From contig ML978121.1 of assembly GCA_010015805.1 (NCBI GenBank), positions 1,798,001-1,862,000 on the forward strand: DNA of 64,000 nt, in the 5' to 3' direction. The notes beneath the pieces were generated by a model. That model worked only from the letters and a program-made list of their open reading frames with translations. It did not search any database and was not told the origin of the DNA. The DNA is from Rhizodiscina lignyota (taxonomy: Eukaryota). Shown here in pieces: positions 33,901 to 45,717 of this stretch (positions are counted from its first letter, which is position 1; every line of letters starts with the position of its first letter). A program made the translations under genes and the position numbers.

Positions 33901-36900
33901 TGAGGAAGACGTGGACTTTGTGCAGCGTCTCCCCAGCCAACTGTCGCATCTGATGTAGCATACGGTATTGTTCGCCACCTCGCTCGATCGGGAAGCCCGT
34001 CTCGTACACGAAAGTAGGTTTCACTTCCTCATCCTCTGCTTCCAGAACAGGCTCATCATCATCATCACTCAAGTCCGAATCCACCCCATTGATCATCTCG
34101 AAATCACTTGATGATCCTGTGCGAGGTGACGTGCCGCCAGACTGCCCAGTCTCCGGCGCAATGTCCGGAATCTGGAGCTGATATCGAGGATCAAACAAGA
34201 CTGACACGCCAGAAACAATGAGGCGCAAAAGTACCAAATTGCGGGAGACTTCATCCGACCACTCTTTGCCAGTTCCATCTCGCTTTATGGGAGATGAGGG
34301 TCCTACAAGAGCATGCAATGCACCGATAGAGTGGTCCGCATGCGCTTTGAAAATCCTTATCGCAAATGCGATCTCTTCTTGCGATGGCTTATGCCACTTG
34401 ATGGTGAGCTCTTTCGGGCTAATTACCTTGCCCCAATCCTCAACTCTGATGCCGCGCTCGAGCACATCAGGTTCATATATCGAGTAGTCTGTTGTATACG
34501 TGACTGTCAAATTGAGGAGGAGATGGTGGATGAAATTCGATACGTGTACGGTTGGTATACCGCGACACTTCTTCTGCATGTAAACAGCAATATCGAAGAG
34601 CTGGTCTTGCCAATCAAGAATAGCGTCACCGACATGAACGACACACATGCTGAGTAGACTGATGTTCCAGACAAGCGCCCGATCTCGGGGGTAGACATCT
34701 GAGCCAGTTGTTCTCGTGGATCCAGCTCCATTGTCGTCGATTTCGGTTCGGATTGCAGTGATAAGGTCTGGTAAGAGACGTGCAAGCGCCTTCTTCGGAT
34801 TGATCTTGACCAACGCATTGCAGATGAACGCCATGGCATCGCGCGCCTGGTGGATGACGTGTTCTGTGACAAAGCGAGCGATTTTGTTGAGGGCGATTTC
34901 GTACAGCTCTGGAGACAAAGATGACAGCAGCGGCGTAAAGGCTGCTGGTAATGTATTGACGACGCTCTCCTCTGGCGAACCACTCTTGACTCGGGACGCA
35001 TCCGGTAGGTTTTCGAGCAGAGTGAATACTCGGCCGAGGAAAGAGATGACAAAGTCGGCCAGACCATTCGTGGAGCAGCGTAGTATGTTCGCCTCGTCGG
35101 TATCCGTCAGCTCTTCATTGTAGTTGACGACCAAATTAACGCCTTCGCGCTCGAATCGATCAACCTCCTGATTGATCCACTGGACAGCAGTTTCCATATC
35201 AACAGGTTCTTCTTCCATGGTTCTCGGCGTCTCTGTACCCTCTTTCATTGGTGTATCGATTCCGGGAATATGGCCGTTAGGCTTTCCGGCTTTCGTCTCC
35301 TTGGGCAGGACGTGGAGTGGCACATTGTAGCAAACCGCTTGGATGTAAGACAGAGTATGTAAGGTCTTTTCCAAGTCATTAGGATCAATACCGGGAAGCG
35401 CCAAACCCAGGAGTGCCGTTATATGACAACGGTAGCCCTTTGTCTGCGCCATGACCTTTGTGAGCATCTGAAGAGCTCGTATCGCAGTGATTGTACGATG
35501 GACTTCCACCAAGCCTTGCATTGCAGGATAAATACGCTGCAAGGCGCCAGGTAGGATTAAATCTGGCTCGAGGTAAGCGAGACTTTGAAGAGTCGAAAGT
35601 GAGAAGTTGATGGCAGTCCCGCTTTTTGCAAAGATGCCCATGAAAATCACTTCGCGCAAGCATAGCACAAATCGACGCTTGACGGCGTCATTTAGCCTTC
35701 GATCTTCAGGTACTTCCATCTCACCGCTGTGTTCCCGATTCCAACGCATGACGAAGAAATCTGCAGCGTAGTATACCAGCTGGGAGAGCGTTTTAGTCCA
35801 AGTCCCTTGGTTTGATGGATGGAAGAAGGTTTCGACAGCTTGTATGAGTCCCTCAAAGTTTGCCAATATTGAGTTGGGCTCATCTAAGCAGGCAGGAGAG
35901 AGCGACATGACTATCCATCGTGCCATATGATGTGCGATTGGGTGTTTCCGGTGATCTCGTTCAAGAAGCACCGCTAGACCGCAAAACACATCGACATTCT
36001 GGCTGTATGCCGACGTTGCCTGTCCCACGGGGATCTCTATGAGTCGCAGGATGGCAGTAAAGACAGTAGATGATTGCTCCTCCGTGAAGATGCCGAACGC
36101 TGAGAACGGGATGTGCGCTGCCTGCAAGTTGTCTCTTGCCAGACGCGACAGAATATCGATGAAATACACATCAAACATCCTTGATCGGTTGACTAGAGAC
36201 CACAGGTGGAAGAACGTAGGTAGATAGTGCTGTGGTTGCAGATTCAGCCGTTCCTCGGGTGCAGGATAAGTGGGTAGAAGCAAGTTCAGTAACCCGGCTA
36301 CGATGTAGGCGCCTTCAGCGAACGAAGTACTGAAGAATGGAATGACCTCCTCAAACAACACAGGTATATCGTTGGGGTCGAAATAGAGTTGGGCGAAGGT
36401 ACAGAGCTTCGTGAGCGTTCGAATGTTGCGCTTCGGCGATCCCTGAGTCGCGGGTCCAGATTCGGACGGTACCACGAATGTTTTCAACTCTTTGAAAAGT
36501 GGTCTCCAGTCTAGGATGAGGTCTTTCCCAGGTCGAAGGTAGTGTTTGCGCCTGGTGACTTGTCAATATACTACTCAATTGAACAGAAGAGTTTGGGAGA
36601 ACGGTATCAACCCGGAATGTCCTCCAATTCTGACGTACTTTGTCAACACCATGAACATGCTTGCGAATCTCTCCGCAACTACATAGTCCAGGCCCGGTGC
36701 TAGAGCCAGTTCATAGTAGAGCTTTGCCAGCTTCACTCTCGTCTCCCTTGGCAGGTCGAACTTCAACGACAGCCATCCTCTGATCTCTCTTGTCCAGTGT
36801 ATTGCGCCTGGGGCAAAGTCCCCAGCCGAGACAGCAACATAGAGATGCTTCATGCAGATATGGAGATATTCCTCCCGCTCTGCTTGGTCTTCTACCGCAT

Positions 36901-37093
36901 AGGGTAGATTCTTCAAGTATGGATAAGTTCGAGGACGAGTACGACCTCGATTCTCCGGGTCTGCGTTGTTTGAGACGACCCCGTTAACCTCAACCTCCTT
37001 CCAGCCCCCGGGGGACGTTGCGCGGGATATGTCGTTGCCATTTGAGCCTCCTACAGCACCTAGCATATCCGCTATTCGCTCGTTCGCCGCCAT
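30964..37093 (-). CDS. BLM10: Proteasome activator Blm10/PA200
   Basis: Exons 37093-36639, 36551-31076, 31026-30964. ETFFHPSNQG, LALPGIDPNDLEKT, RHAAVLGLGALIQAFPY, DFKKTRQDTW, C-terminal LEGVLWKSYFA. Confidence 0.97.
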
Positions 37094-37470
37094 GTCGTGT
37101 GACTTTCGTCTGAGGGAGCGAGGAGGACGGAGAGGGGATTGAAAGAGGATTTAGTGCTAGCCGGAAGATTCTGGAGAGGAAGGATCATGAATCGAGGAGT
37201 CGCGTGGGTTTGCGGTTCGCAGGATCAGCGGGAAGATTGCAGCAGTACAACGAACTGCTGGGAAGTCGCTGCTGGCGGTGACACAGCAGCTTGAAGGCCG
37301 CCCGAGGCTCTCAGTGAGCCAACGGGTTGATGCGAAGACGCCGGTTGACGCTCCTCAAACAAGAAGACGCCGAATGTTTGTTACTGGAAGAGTACCTCCT
37401 AGTGAGCGATGGAGATGCACGACTTGGAGCTTGGGCCCGCCGCACACGGGAGTCGTCTGGAGCGTGCCGG

Positions 37471-37807
37471 ACGCGTGCTGCAGCTTCTTTGTTTCTTTCA
37501 GAACGCAGCCACGGCTGTGCAGATATATCTCGACAACTTGATTCGATCGCAGTGGGAACTTGAGGATGCGTTTACTTGCGCAAGGCTGAAAGTAGGGACT
37601 AGTGCTTTAGTACTCTCGCAAACGCCAGTCAACAGCAGGATACGCAATCCGAGGCGAAAACCACCGGTAAGTGAAGCTGCATTAGTCATACAGTTTCTGA
37701 GGCGAAACATCACGAGAACGTCTTGGATCAGGACGAGCAGACTGCCTCTCGCAATTGAATGCTTGAATTCGGGTGTCAAAATGGTAATGACGCGCCGCAG
37801 ACGCGAC
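37471..37807. promoter_or_regulatory. MCB-like sites in the BLM10/PSF3 divergent promoter
   Basis: ACGCGT at 37471-37476, ACGCGC at 37790-37795 and ACGCGAC at 37801-37807, upstream of a DNA-replication gene. Confidence 0.5.
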
Positions 37808-37889
37808 TGGCGTCCCACCAAGTCTCGTGAACCCTCTTAGCCATCTGTCTATCCCCATCATCATAATCTAACAAACTGCTTTTACAGCC

Positions 37890-38629
37890 ATGTCCTCCTA
37901 CTATGACATTGACGCAATCCTGACCGATTCACAAGTACGGAAATTCTCCCCTTCCTATTCGGGACCCTACTGACTGCGTTCTAGAAAGTTCCCTGCACAT
38001 TCGAGCTCACCGTCCCTGCTCTTGGCTATGTTGAAGGCAACGCGGGTCAAGACGTGCGTCTACTTGCCTCTCCAGCTAGCCTCGTCTTGCTGATCTACCT
38101 TCTAGATCAAACAAGGGACCAAGGTCGAGCTTCCACTGTGGCTAGGCTCTATGCTAGCCATCAGTCAGCCTGCTGGTTCTTCTCCCTTAGTTACACTTGA
38201 CCTTCCATCGGCACTGTCTCCGCGTGTCATAAATGCGCTGAAGGCCGATCCACGGACAATCGATCTTCGAGCGCTGGCGCCGCATTTTTATTCACTCGGA
38301 TCGCTTATGCTGGAGCTTTTTGAGGAGGACGAGCTGGTCGATGTAATGACTGATGTGAGTGGATCCCAACGCTCCTTTGGAATAGTGTCTAATAGTTGAT
38401 AGACGTTTAAAAAACGAGCCGCGGAGATTGCTGACCAGGCGCATAATCCGCGTGGAGCGCTTGGTGAAGGCGCTGATTTCCTTCGTGGTCTTGATGAGAA
38501 TGAACGACAATGTATGGAATCCCACCCTCTTCCCTGCATTATAGGCATTGATACATCGTAGTGTTCCGTGCATCTCATGATAGTGCAAAAGCCGTCAAGA
38601 CGTGGATGACAGATGTAAAGAAGAAATGA
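37890..38629 (+). CDS. PSF3: GINS complex subunit Psf3
   Basis: Exons 37890-37934, 37985-38053, 38106-38354, 38403-38511, 38562-38629. MSSYYDIDAILTDSQKVPCTF, KVELPLWLG, NALKADPRTIDL, FLRGLDENERQLF. Confidence 0.95.
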
Positions 38630-38693
38630 TTTGGTATTGTGGCGTTTGAGTGCTATGGTAACACAAGCCTTTCCAGACAAATATAGAATAACT

Positions 38694-40355
38694 TCAGTTC
38701 TTGACTCCGAATCCACTCTCGCGTAAAAGCTGGATGGCCTGCTCCATTGGGTAGCCAATGAAAACTGGTCCATGGAAAGTCATTTGGGGTGTGGCAGCTA
38801 TCGATTGGCCAGCTTCCCGAAGCCCTGGCACAGTGCTGATGATTGCGGGTTGAGGCTCCAGTAAAGCTTTGCTATCAGTATTCTTTGGTTTAGGCGCATC
38901 TGCATGAGCGATCTTGTTATGATCGAATGGACATTGAGCACCACGTTTGGGACTTGGGAGGGGTCCATCGATGCCACCAGCATCTTGTGGAGCTGACAGC
39001 TCCTGAGGAGACGCTGTTGCCGCAGAGCCCTCGGAGCAAACGCTTGCTGGAGCCTCGTACTTCGCAGGGACAGAAATACCCCACGGCCGACTGGGTGATT
39101 CTCCAACTCGAACTTCCTTCATAGGCCTGTCGAAATGGGGTGTTCGCTCTTCGTGAGGCGGGTTCTGCGCAACCTGCACATCTTCCTCACTTCCTAAGCT
39201 TTCGGTGACGTCCCTTGCCCACTTTGTGACCGACTCTTTCTTCTCCGGCTCGACGGCTTCCTCATCTTCTGGTTTCTCAGGGAACATGGGTTGATGCTTC
39301 TGGCCCAATCCCTGGAGCATACTCACGAGACTACCGTATTTGGCGTCTAACTGCCTGATTTGCTCCGAATTGCTCTGATATCGCTTGATGCAGACTGCAT
39401 GGCTCCGTGGTATTTCGTGTTTATGTTTTTCAAAGTATTGTGCAACCTCTTCAGGCGAATGCTGATTGAGGAATCGAATTGGACAGACTGCAGAGGAGCC
39501 TTCCACAGAGGCTACCGCCGAGCCAGGATCATTACCACATGACTCGGCCCGAATTGGATCCTGCAAGGCCTTTCGAGAGCCATCTCCTACAGATCCAGAC
39601 GTACGAGATAGGGAGCTTCGTGGTGTCGGCAAACTGCGCTGACCCAGCGTCGATGGTCTTCGGCTGTGCATGACGCCTGCGGGCACAGCAAATGGGCAAC
39701 CCAAGCGACTCGGAGTGCCCGGCGTTGTGTAGTCGTGCTCCAGCTCGTTGCGAAGTTTGCTAGATATGGATCCCTTCTTCTCTGCTGATCTGCCATTCCA
39801 TATGCGCACGCCATGCATCTCTTGTTGCCTATTGCGCAACTTCTCCCTGGCGTCGTCGGCCACACGAATATTGAACGCACGAGTCCTTCGATCAGCGTCA
39901 TTTCCTTTCGAGAGGCATTCCAGCCAATCTATCTGACCATTTTGCTGACATGCACCGGCTTCTTCGAGTTCGTCCACGAAGGTCCGCGATTCTTGGGAGG
40001 CAGTTTCGGGGCTGAATCGCTTCAAAACATCCGAGTACTGTTGCAAAAGTCAATAAGAGTTCAATTGTAGGACTAAGATGCTGTTTGAGATGGTGGTAAA
40101 AGTCAGGTTCGATTAAATTGTCGTTCATTGCTGGGATACAGCTACAGATCTAGGACTAATTTGCGTCGTCATGAGGAGAGATAGAGGAAGGACAAATGAG
40201 CTGACCTGTTGCTTCGCCCACGCAAGCCTGTTCTCCAGTTCACGATGCTGATCATTCAAAAGCTTGAATTCCGCATGCAGAGAATCGTATCCCTTTAATA
40301 GTTGTTCCATGAGCTGATCTGGGACCTGGCTCACTTCCTCTTCTTTGGCCGACAT
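38694..40355 (-). CDS. Uncharacterised fungal protein with N-terminal coiled coil and Cys/His-rich core
   Basis: Exons 40355-40206 and 40037-38694 join in frame (LAWAKQQ|YSDVLKRF). Ordered-looking block CPIRFLNQHSPEEVAQYFEKHKHEIPRSHAVCIKRYQ...LGQKHQPM; RVGESPSRPWGISVP; MTFHGPVFIGY. Confidence 0.85.
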
Positions 40356-40766
40356 ATTTGAAGGTTGTTTGTGGAGATGTTAAGCGAGACTTTGATCGTC
40401 CCCCCTGTACAGAGGGATTTCGTAGGTCGGCCGGTCGATAAATTCGCCTTCCTCTGCCCGATGTCGTGGCACGTAGTTAGCGGTTGTCGATTTACATCGT
40501 ATGGAGGAGTTTGCGGAGCGGCCGACATGTGCCGAGTAACGAAGCCCGCTGCTAATAGGTAAACCTCCCCTGCCTTCCCTGCACCAACCAAGTGCGTTCA
40601 CGGAGCCTCAACATCGCACCCACCAAGCTTCACACACTTGAAAGCACGCCAGAGCTCTGCTCCAGTGTGCGAAGACAGCTCTCTCACACTAATGTGAACA
40701 TCAAGCCTTCTAAAGTTCTATCAATTAGAACCTTTCACACTCGCTCGCGACGTCAACTTATTCAGG

Positions 40767-42080
40767 ATGTCGTCCTCATTGCACTTGTCGGCCATTCGAA
40801 AATGGTTCCTTCAATCGCCGCCCGTTGAATGGTGCCTTCAACACTCACGAGAGCTGCTTCTCGGTGCGCTTCGTCAAGGGCCGGTCCCTGAGCACATTGC
40901 ATTTGTGATGGATGGCAACCGAAGATTCGCTAGACAGCACCAGATTGAAACTATTGAGGGCCACAACCTGGGCTTTGAGGCATTGGCGAGGGTATAGAAG
41001 GCTCACTTTATGATCTTAGATGCCCAAACTAACGTTCTTGTAGGTCCTGGAAGTCTGCTATAAATCGGGAGTGAAGGTGGTCACCGTCTACGCCTTCAGC
41101 ATCGAAAACTTCAAGCGTTCGAAATACGAAGTCGAGGCCCTCATGGATATGGCCAAGGTCAAGCTGGCAGAGATGGCGGTGCACGGTGCACTGTTAGATC
41201 GATATGGCGCGAAGATACAATTCCTTGGACAGAAGGACATGGTACGGCCAGACGTTTTGGAGGCTATCGATACAGCAATTGAAATGACGAAGGGAAATTC
41301 AAGGTACATAGTGCAGTCTCTTCGTCTAGAACTAGTGCACTGACAAAGTTTAGGGCAATCCTGAATATCTGCGCGCCGTATACCTCCCGTGACGAAATGA
41401 CAGCTGCAATTCGCGAAACAGTGATCGATTATAGTAAACCAGCCACTCCGCTCAAGCGACCGTTCTCCGCAACTCACATCGCCCGCAACATTCGTGCGCA
41501 GCAGCTCAGCACCGTCTCGGAAGAGGGTGCTAATGCGCAAAATGGATCTTCAGACGGGCTTCAGCCGCCACAAGTGTCTGATACGAACCCGACTTCGGAT
41601 CCTTCCTCTCGAAACCCCTCCCCAAATCCTTCGGCTACAACCAGTGGGCTCTCCCTAGATGCCTCACCGGAGACCTCGCCTACGACTGCACCTTCCAATA
41701 GCCGAAGCACGAGTTCACTAACCCAAAATTTCCCAGATCCTGAGAATATCAATGCAGAGACAATAACCTCACACACCTTCACTGCTGGAATGCCGCCTCT
41801 CGACCTTCTAATCCGGACATCTGGAGTCGAGCGCCTCAGTGACTTTATGCTCTGGCAATGTCACCAGAATACCGAAATCGTATTCTTGGATTGCCTCTGG
41901 CCGGAATTTGATCTCTGGAAGTTCATGCCGGTATTGGTGGAGTGGCAATGGAGAAAACGACAAGGAGAAGATCCTGATTTCAATAGAGGCCGCCGGAGGA
42001 AGCGAGCTGCGGACATGGCAAAAGGCAATCACATGTCAGAAGGCGCGTTCCTTCCGGGAAAACTAAAAGTTGCTTCGTGA
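40767..42080 (+). CDS. RER2: Cis-prenyltransferase / dehydrodolichyl diphosphate synthase catalytic subunit
   Basis: Exons 40767-40991, 41044-41303, 41354-42080. PEHIAFVMDGNRRFAR, YAFSIENFKRS, YTSRDEM, DLLIRTSGVERLSDFMLWQ, LWPEFD. Confidence 0.95.
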
Positions 42081-42422
42081 TTAAGACTCGAGCGTTCGAG
42101 CGTGAGGGCGGAGGCGTTCTGTATATATTTCTAGACACAGAATCCGGGGTCGGAATGCTGCTGTGAATAGCAGAGATACCTTCTACGTGGTCTCTCCGAA
42201 GACCAAAAACTAAGCAATAGTAACACAACTTTTATTGTTTCTTCTTGTCCGTCTCGCTGTCTCGCCTGCATTTCGTACCAGCGAAATCTTGGCACTGTAC
42301 TCGGTTAGCGGGGAATATTCGGCAGCCACTAGCGCCGAGCACAACCATTTCGCACCCACACGCATCTTGCATTTTCTGCTCAGCGACAATCACTTCGACA
42401 ACCAACATATCTCGTCGTCAAA

Positions 42423-43542
42423 ATGGTAAGCTCTCCCGATTGAACCTAGAACGCTCAGGAACGACTATGCGTTCCAAACCAGTGCTCGCGTCCTGCGAGT
42501 GGCCTCGGACACATGAAAATGCGTTCCTGCTGGCACGTCTTGGTCGAGAGACCTTAGACACGGCTTGAGGGGACAGTTGCAGCAATGCACACTGCCTCAC
42601 TCTTAGAGACGAAGGAATGATATAGTGAACAAGATTCGCTAACGTCCTTCTCTCAATGACAGCCTCCTAAAGGAAAGAAGGCGGCGCCTGCGCCGTTCCC
42701 GCAAGCGAAGCCTGGGGCTAAGAAGCCTCCTAAGGTACGTTGAATCTACTCAGTCTTGTGAAACGGGCTGCTGATCGTTCGAAGAACCCACTTCTCGAAA
42801 AGCGCCCTCGCAACTTTGGCATTGGCCAGGACATCCAACCGAAGCGCAACCTCTCGCGCATGGTGAAGTGGCCCGAGTACATCCGTCTCCAGCGCCAGAA
42901 GAAGATTCTCAATCTCCGCCTGAAAGTCCCTCCCGCCATCGCCCAATTTCAAGCGACTCTCGACCGTAATACCGCTGCTCAATCCTTCAAACTCCTTACC
43001 AAGTACAAGCCCGAGACCAAGGCCGAGAAGAAGGAGCGTTTGCACAAGGAGGCCACTGCTGTTGCAGAAGGCAAGAAGAAGGAGGATGTTAGCAAGAAGC
43101 CCTACACTGTCAAGTACGGTCTGAACCACGTCGTCGGCCTGATCGAGAACAAGAAGGCTGGTCTCGTCCTCATCGCCAACGACGTCGACCCCATCGAGCT
43201 CGTCATCTTCCTGCCCGCGCTCTGCCGCAAGATGGGTGTCCCGTACGCCATCATCAAGGGCAAGGCCAGACTCGGCACCCTCGTGCACAAGAAGGTAGCA
43301 AAGCACGTCCTGCCATTTGAATGATTCGCTGACGCATATAGACCGCTGCCGTCGTTGCTCTTACCGAAGTCCGCTCTGAGGACAAGAGCGAGTTCTCTAA
43401 GCTCGTCTCAGCGATTAAGGAAGGCTACTCTGACAAGTATGAGGATCACAGGAGACATTGGGGTGGTGGTATCATGGGCGCGAAGGCGAATGCGAGACAG
43501 GAGAAGAAGCGTAAGGCTCTGGAGGCTGCCATCAAGATCTAA
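42423..43542 (+). CDS. RPL8: 60S ribosomal protein L8 (eL8/L7a)
   Basis: Exons 42423-42425 (ATG only), 42663-42734, 42785-43294, 43342-43542. [51 protein letters not shown]; strong codon bias. Confidence 0.97.
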
Positions 43543-44035
43543 AAGTGATGCCAATACTCCTTCGCATTCTGCTCTGGCGTTAGGAAGGGAAAAATCCCGG
43601 CCTATCTGTGTACTTCGATACCTTACTGAAACTTCGGCTGGAAAAGTCCATAGCACATGAATCGGAACAAGTCGTACCGGCTGAAGCATCATTTCCCAAT
43701 CGGCTGCCTTAGGCCAAAGCACTTTGGTGTTCAGAGTATCTGATCAAGCTTTGCTGACACAGCGCACTGCATGATCTAGCGCTGTGCATTTACCTTAAGA
43801 GCCTCTTAGATTGACGTGCTTTAAGTCCATTTGCCCCTAGTCGTTTTAATTCCGCCGCCAATAGTCTTGGTACACCGGAAGGCAGATCCACCACAAAGAA
43901 ATCCAACATGACGTCTACTCTCCACTTTGAAACACCTTGACAAAGGGATAACAGATTCCACTCAATATCTGGGGCACTATCGAGCGGCGAATTGCGCTTG
44001 CCCAACCTGACCTTCGTGGGTTTCGATACCCCACC

Positions 44036-45436
44036 ATGCCCCTCACTATCCTCACAGACCAAGAGGTCAAAAAGCTTCTACATAGCTTAAGCCCCCAGGA
44101 CATTCTCGTCCTCCAGCAGTCCTTGGCAGACGCATTGCACTATTATTCGGCGAACTATGAAGATGAGACGGTGAACGGCTGCTCTGCGTCATACCAGCCG
44201 CACAGGACTGTTGTGAAGAGGAAAGATGGGCAAACAACGCTGGTTATGCCAGCTACCAGCGACGACGCCATGGGCGTCAAGGTTGTCACACTTGGAGAGT
44301 CGAAGGAGACGTCTCCTACAACGCCTCCGATGCAACGATCCTCTGTCTCAAGCAGCGCGACGGTCTCAACGATGGGCTCGATGTCTTCGCTCTCCATATC
44401 AGATTCGCCCCGCTCCCCTACAACCGCGTCATCTGGGTCGGGAACAAACTCAGTCTCAACGGCAGAGAGCTTCGACCCTCCCCCATCCTTCGCCAGCTCA
44501 TCGAGCACCTCGCCGAAGGGCTCGCTTACCATCTTTGACAGCAGTGGCAGCCCTCGCGCTTTGATGAATGCTGAAGAGATCACTGCATTCCGCACCGCGC
44601 TTGCCTCACTCATGCTTTTCAAGAAGCGCGAAACGGTCCACGATGTCACCATCTTCGGTGCTGGGAAGCAGGCATACTGGCACTTACGCCTCGCGTTGCT
44701 GCTGCGTGGGCCGGAAGTCCACCACATCAACATCATCAATCGCAGCTTCGAGCGTGCACAGCAACTTGTGCACGACCTGATCAAGAGTCCACAAGGCGCA
44801 GACCTACCGCATCCTAAGATTGCAATCATCACACCAGGACATCAGGAATATGAGCGTTTGCTGAAGAGCACGATCAGAGCTTCGGCGGTGATATTCGCAA
44901 CCACGCCCTCAGCGGCACCTCTCTTCCCAGCGAGCTATCTGACCAGCACGGAAGGGCGGAGGAAAGGCAGATATATTGCAGCGGTTGGGAGCTATAAGCC
45001 ACATATGATCGAGATACATCCGGATATTATCAAGCAGGCCGTTGCGCCATCACACAGCCATCATCACCACAAGCACGCAAAGCAAGGAGGTGCAATCGTC
45101 GTGGACAGTGTAGAGTCGTGCTTGAAGGAGGCGGGAGAGGTGATTCAAGCGGGTCTTGGAGGACGCGAGGTTGTGGAGCTGGGCGAGCTCATGATGCTAA
45201 AAAAGGATGCGGAGGCGAGGAGGAAGGCAGCGGAGCAGGGCCTTGATGCGGGTGGAGTCGAGATTACAGGCGGAAAGGGGGACAAGAACCCTGATGGAGG
45301 GCTCATGGAATGGTTGCAGAAAGGCAACGTGATTTACAAGAGCGTGGGATTGGGCTTGATGGACGTTGTAGTTGGCGGGGACCTGGTGAAGCTGGCGGAG
45401 GATAGGGGTATGGGGACGACCATACAGAATTTTTGA
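44036..45436 (+). CDS. Ornithine cyclodeaminase/mu-crystallin family protein (PrnX-like)
   Basis: TTLVMPA...GVKVVT, MNAEEITAFRTALAS, Rossmann IFGAGKQAYWH, IAAVGSYKPHMIE, IYKSVGLGLMDVVVG. Intronless. Confidence 0.9.
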   Translation: MPLTILTDQEVKKLLHSLSPQDILVLQQSLADALHYYSANYEDETVNGCSASYQPHRTVVKRKDGQTTLVMPATSDDAMGVKVVTLGESKETSPTTPPMQRSSVSSSATVSTMGSMSSLSISDSPRSPTTASSGSGTNSVSTAESFDPPPSFASSSSTSPKGSLTIFDSSGSPRALMNAEEITAFRTALASLMLFKKRETVHDVTIFGAGKQAYWHLRLALLLRGPEVHHINIINRSFERAQQLVHDLIKSPQGADLPHPKIAIITPGHQEYERLLKSTIRASAVIFATTPSAAPLFPASYLTSTEGRRKGRYIAAVGSYKPHMIEIHPDIIKQAVAPSHSHHHHKHAKQGGAIVVDSVESCLKEAGEVIQAGLGGREVVELGELMMLKKDAEARRKAAEQGLDAGGVEITGGKGDKNPDGGLMEWLQKGNVIYKSVGLGLMDVVVGGDLVKLAEDRGMGTTIQNF

Positions 45437-45717
45437 GTGTCCCCGGTTTGGCTACGTCTTCGTGTAGAGCGAGAATAGAAGTCACATTCGGCAGCAGTGC
45501 CCGTGGATACCGAAGATTAACCGGAATTCTAATGCAGATAGAGTAAGGTACTATGAGTCGTTGACTTTATCTCGTGCTGCTCTCGTGCCTTTTAAGAATC
45601 ATCCTCAGCGAGAGTCAGCAATTGTATTCCATGAGAGATGGCTTCCGGGCACACACCATCTTCCTCAACTCTACTCTCGCGCTGTGATCAAGTTTGGAGA
45701 TAGGATTTTCAGGGGCC

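Noticed and set aside
11866..37093. UCH37 and BLM10 as a proteasome gene cluster
   Set aside because: They are ~18 kb apart with unrelated genes between and no Rpn4/PACE (GGTGGCAAA) site was seen; probably chance.
41500..41730. Long S/P/T insertion in the cis-prenyltransferase (similarly in the PrnX-like protein)
   Set aside because: Low-complexity loop expansions are common in filamentous-fungal orthologues; no intein or intron hallmarks.
42746..43306. 186-aa antisense ORF over RPL8 (likewise over PSA1 and the PrnX-like gene)
   Set aside because: Antisense shadows of codon-biased genes.
43860..43900. CCGGAAGG resembling SRP RNA helix 8
   Set aside because: Flanks do not form the helix-8 stem and no Alu-like 5' motif was found.
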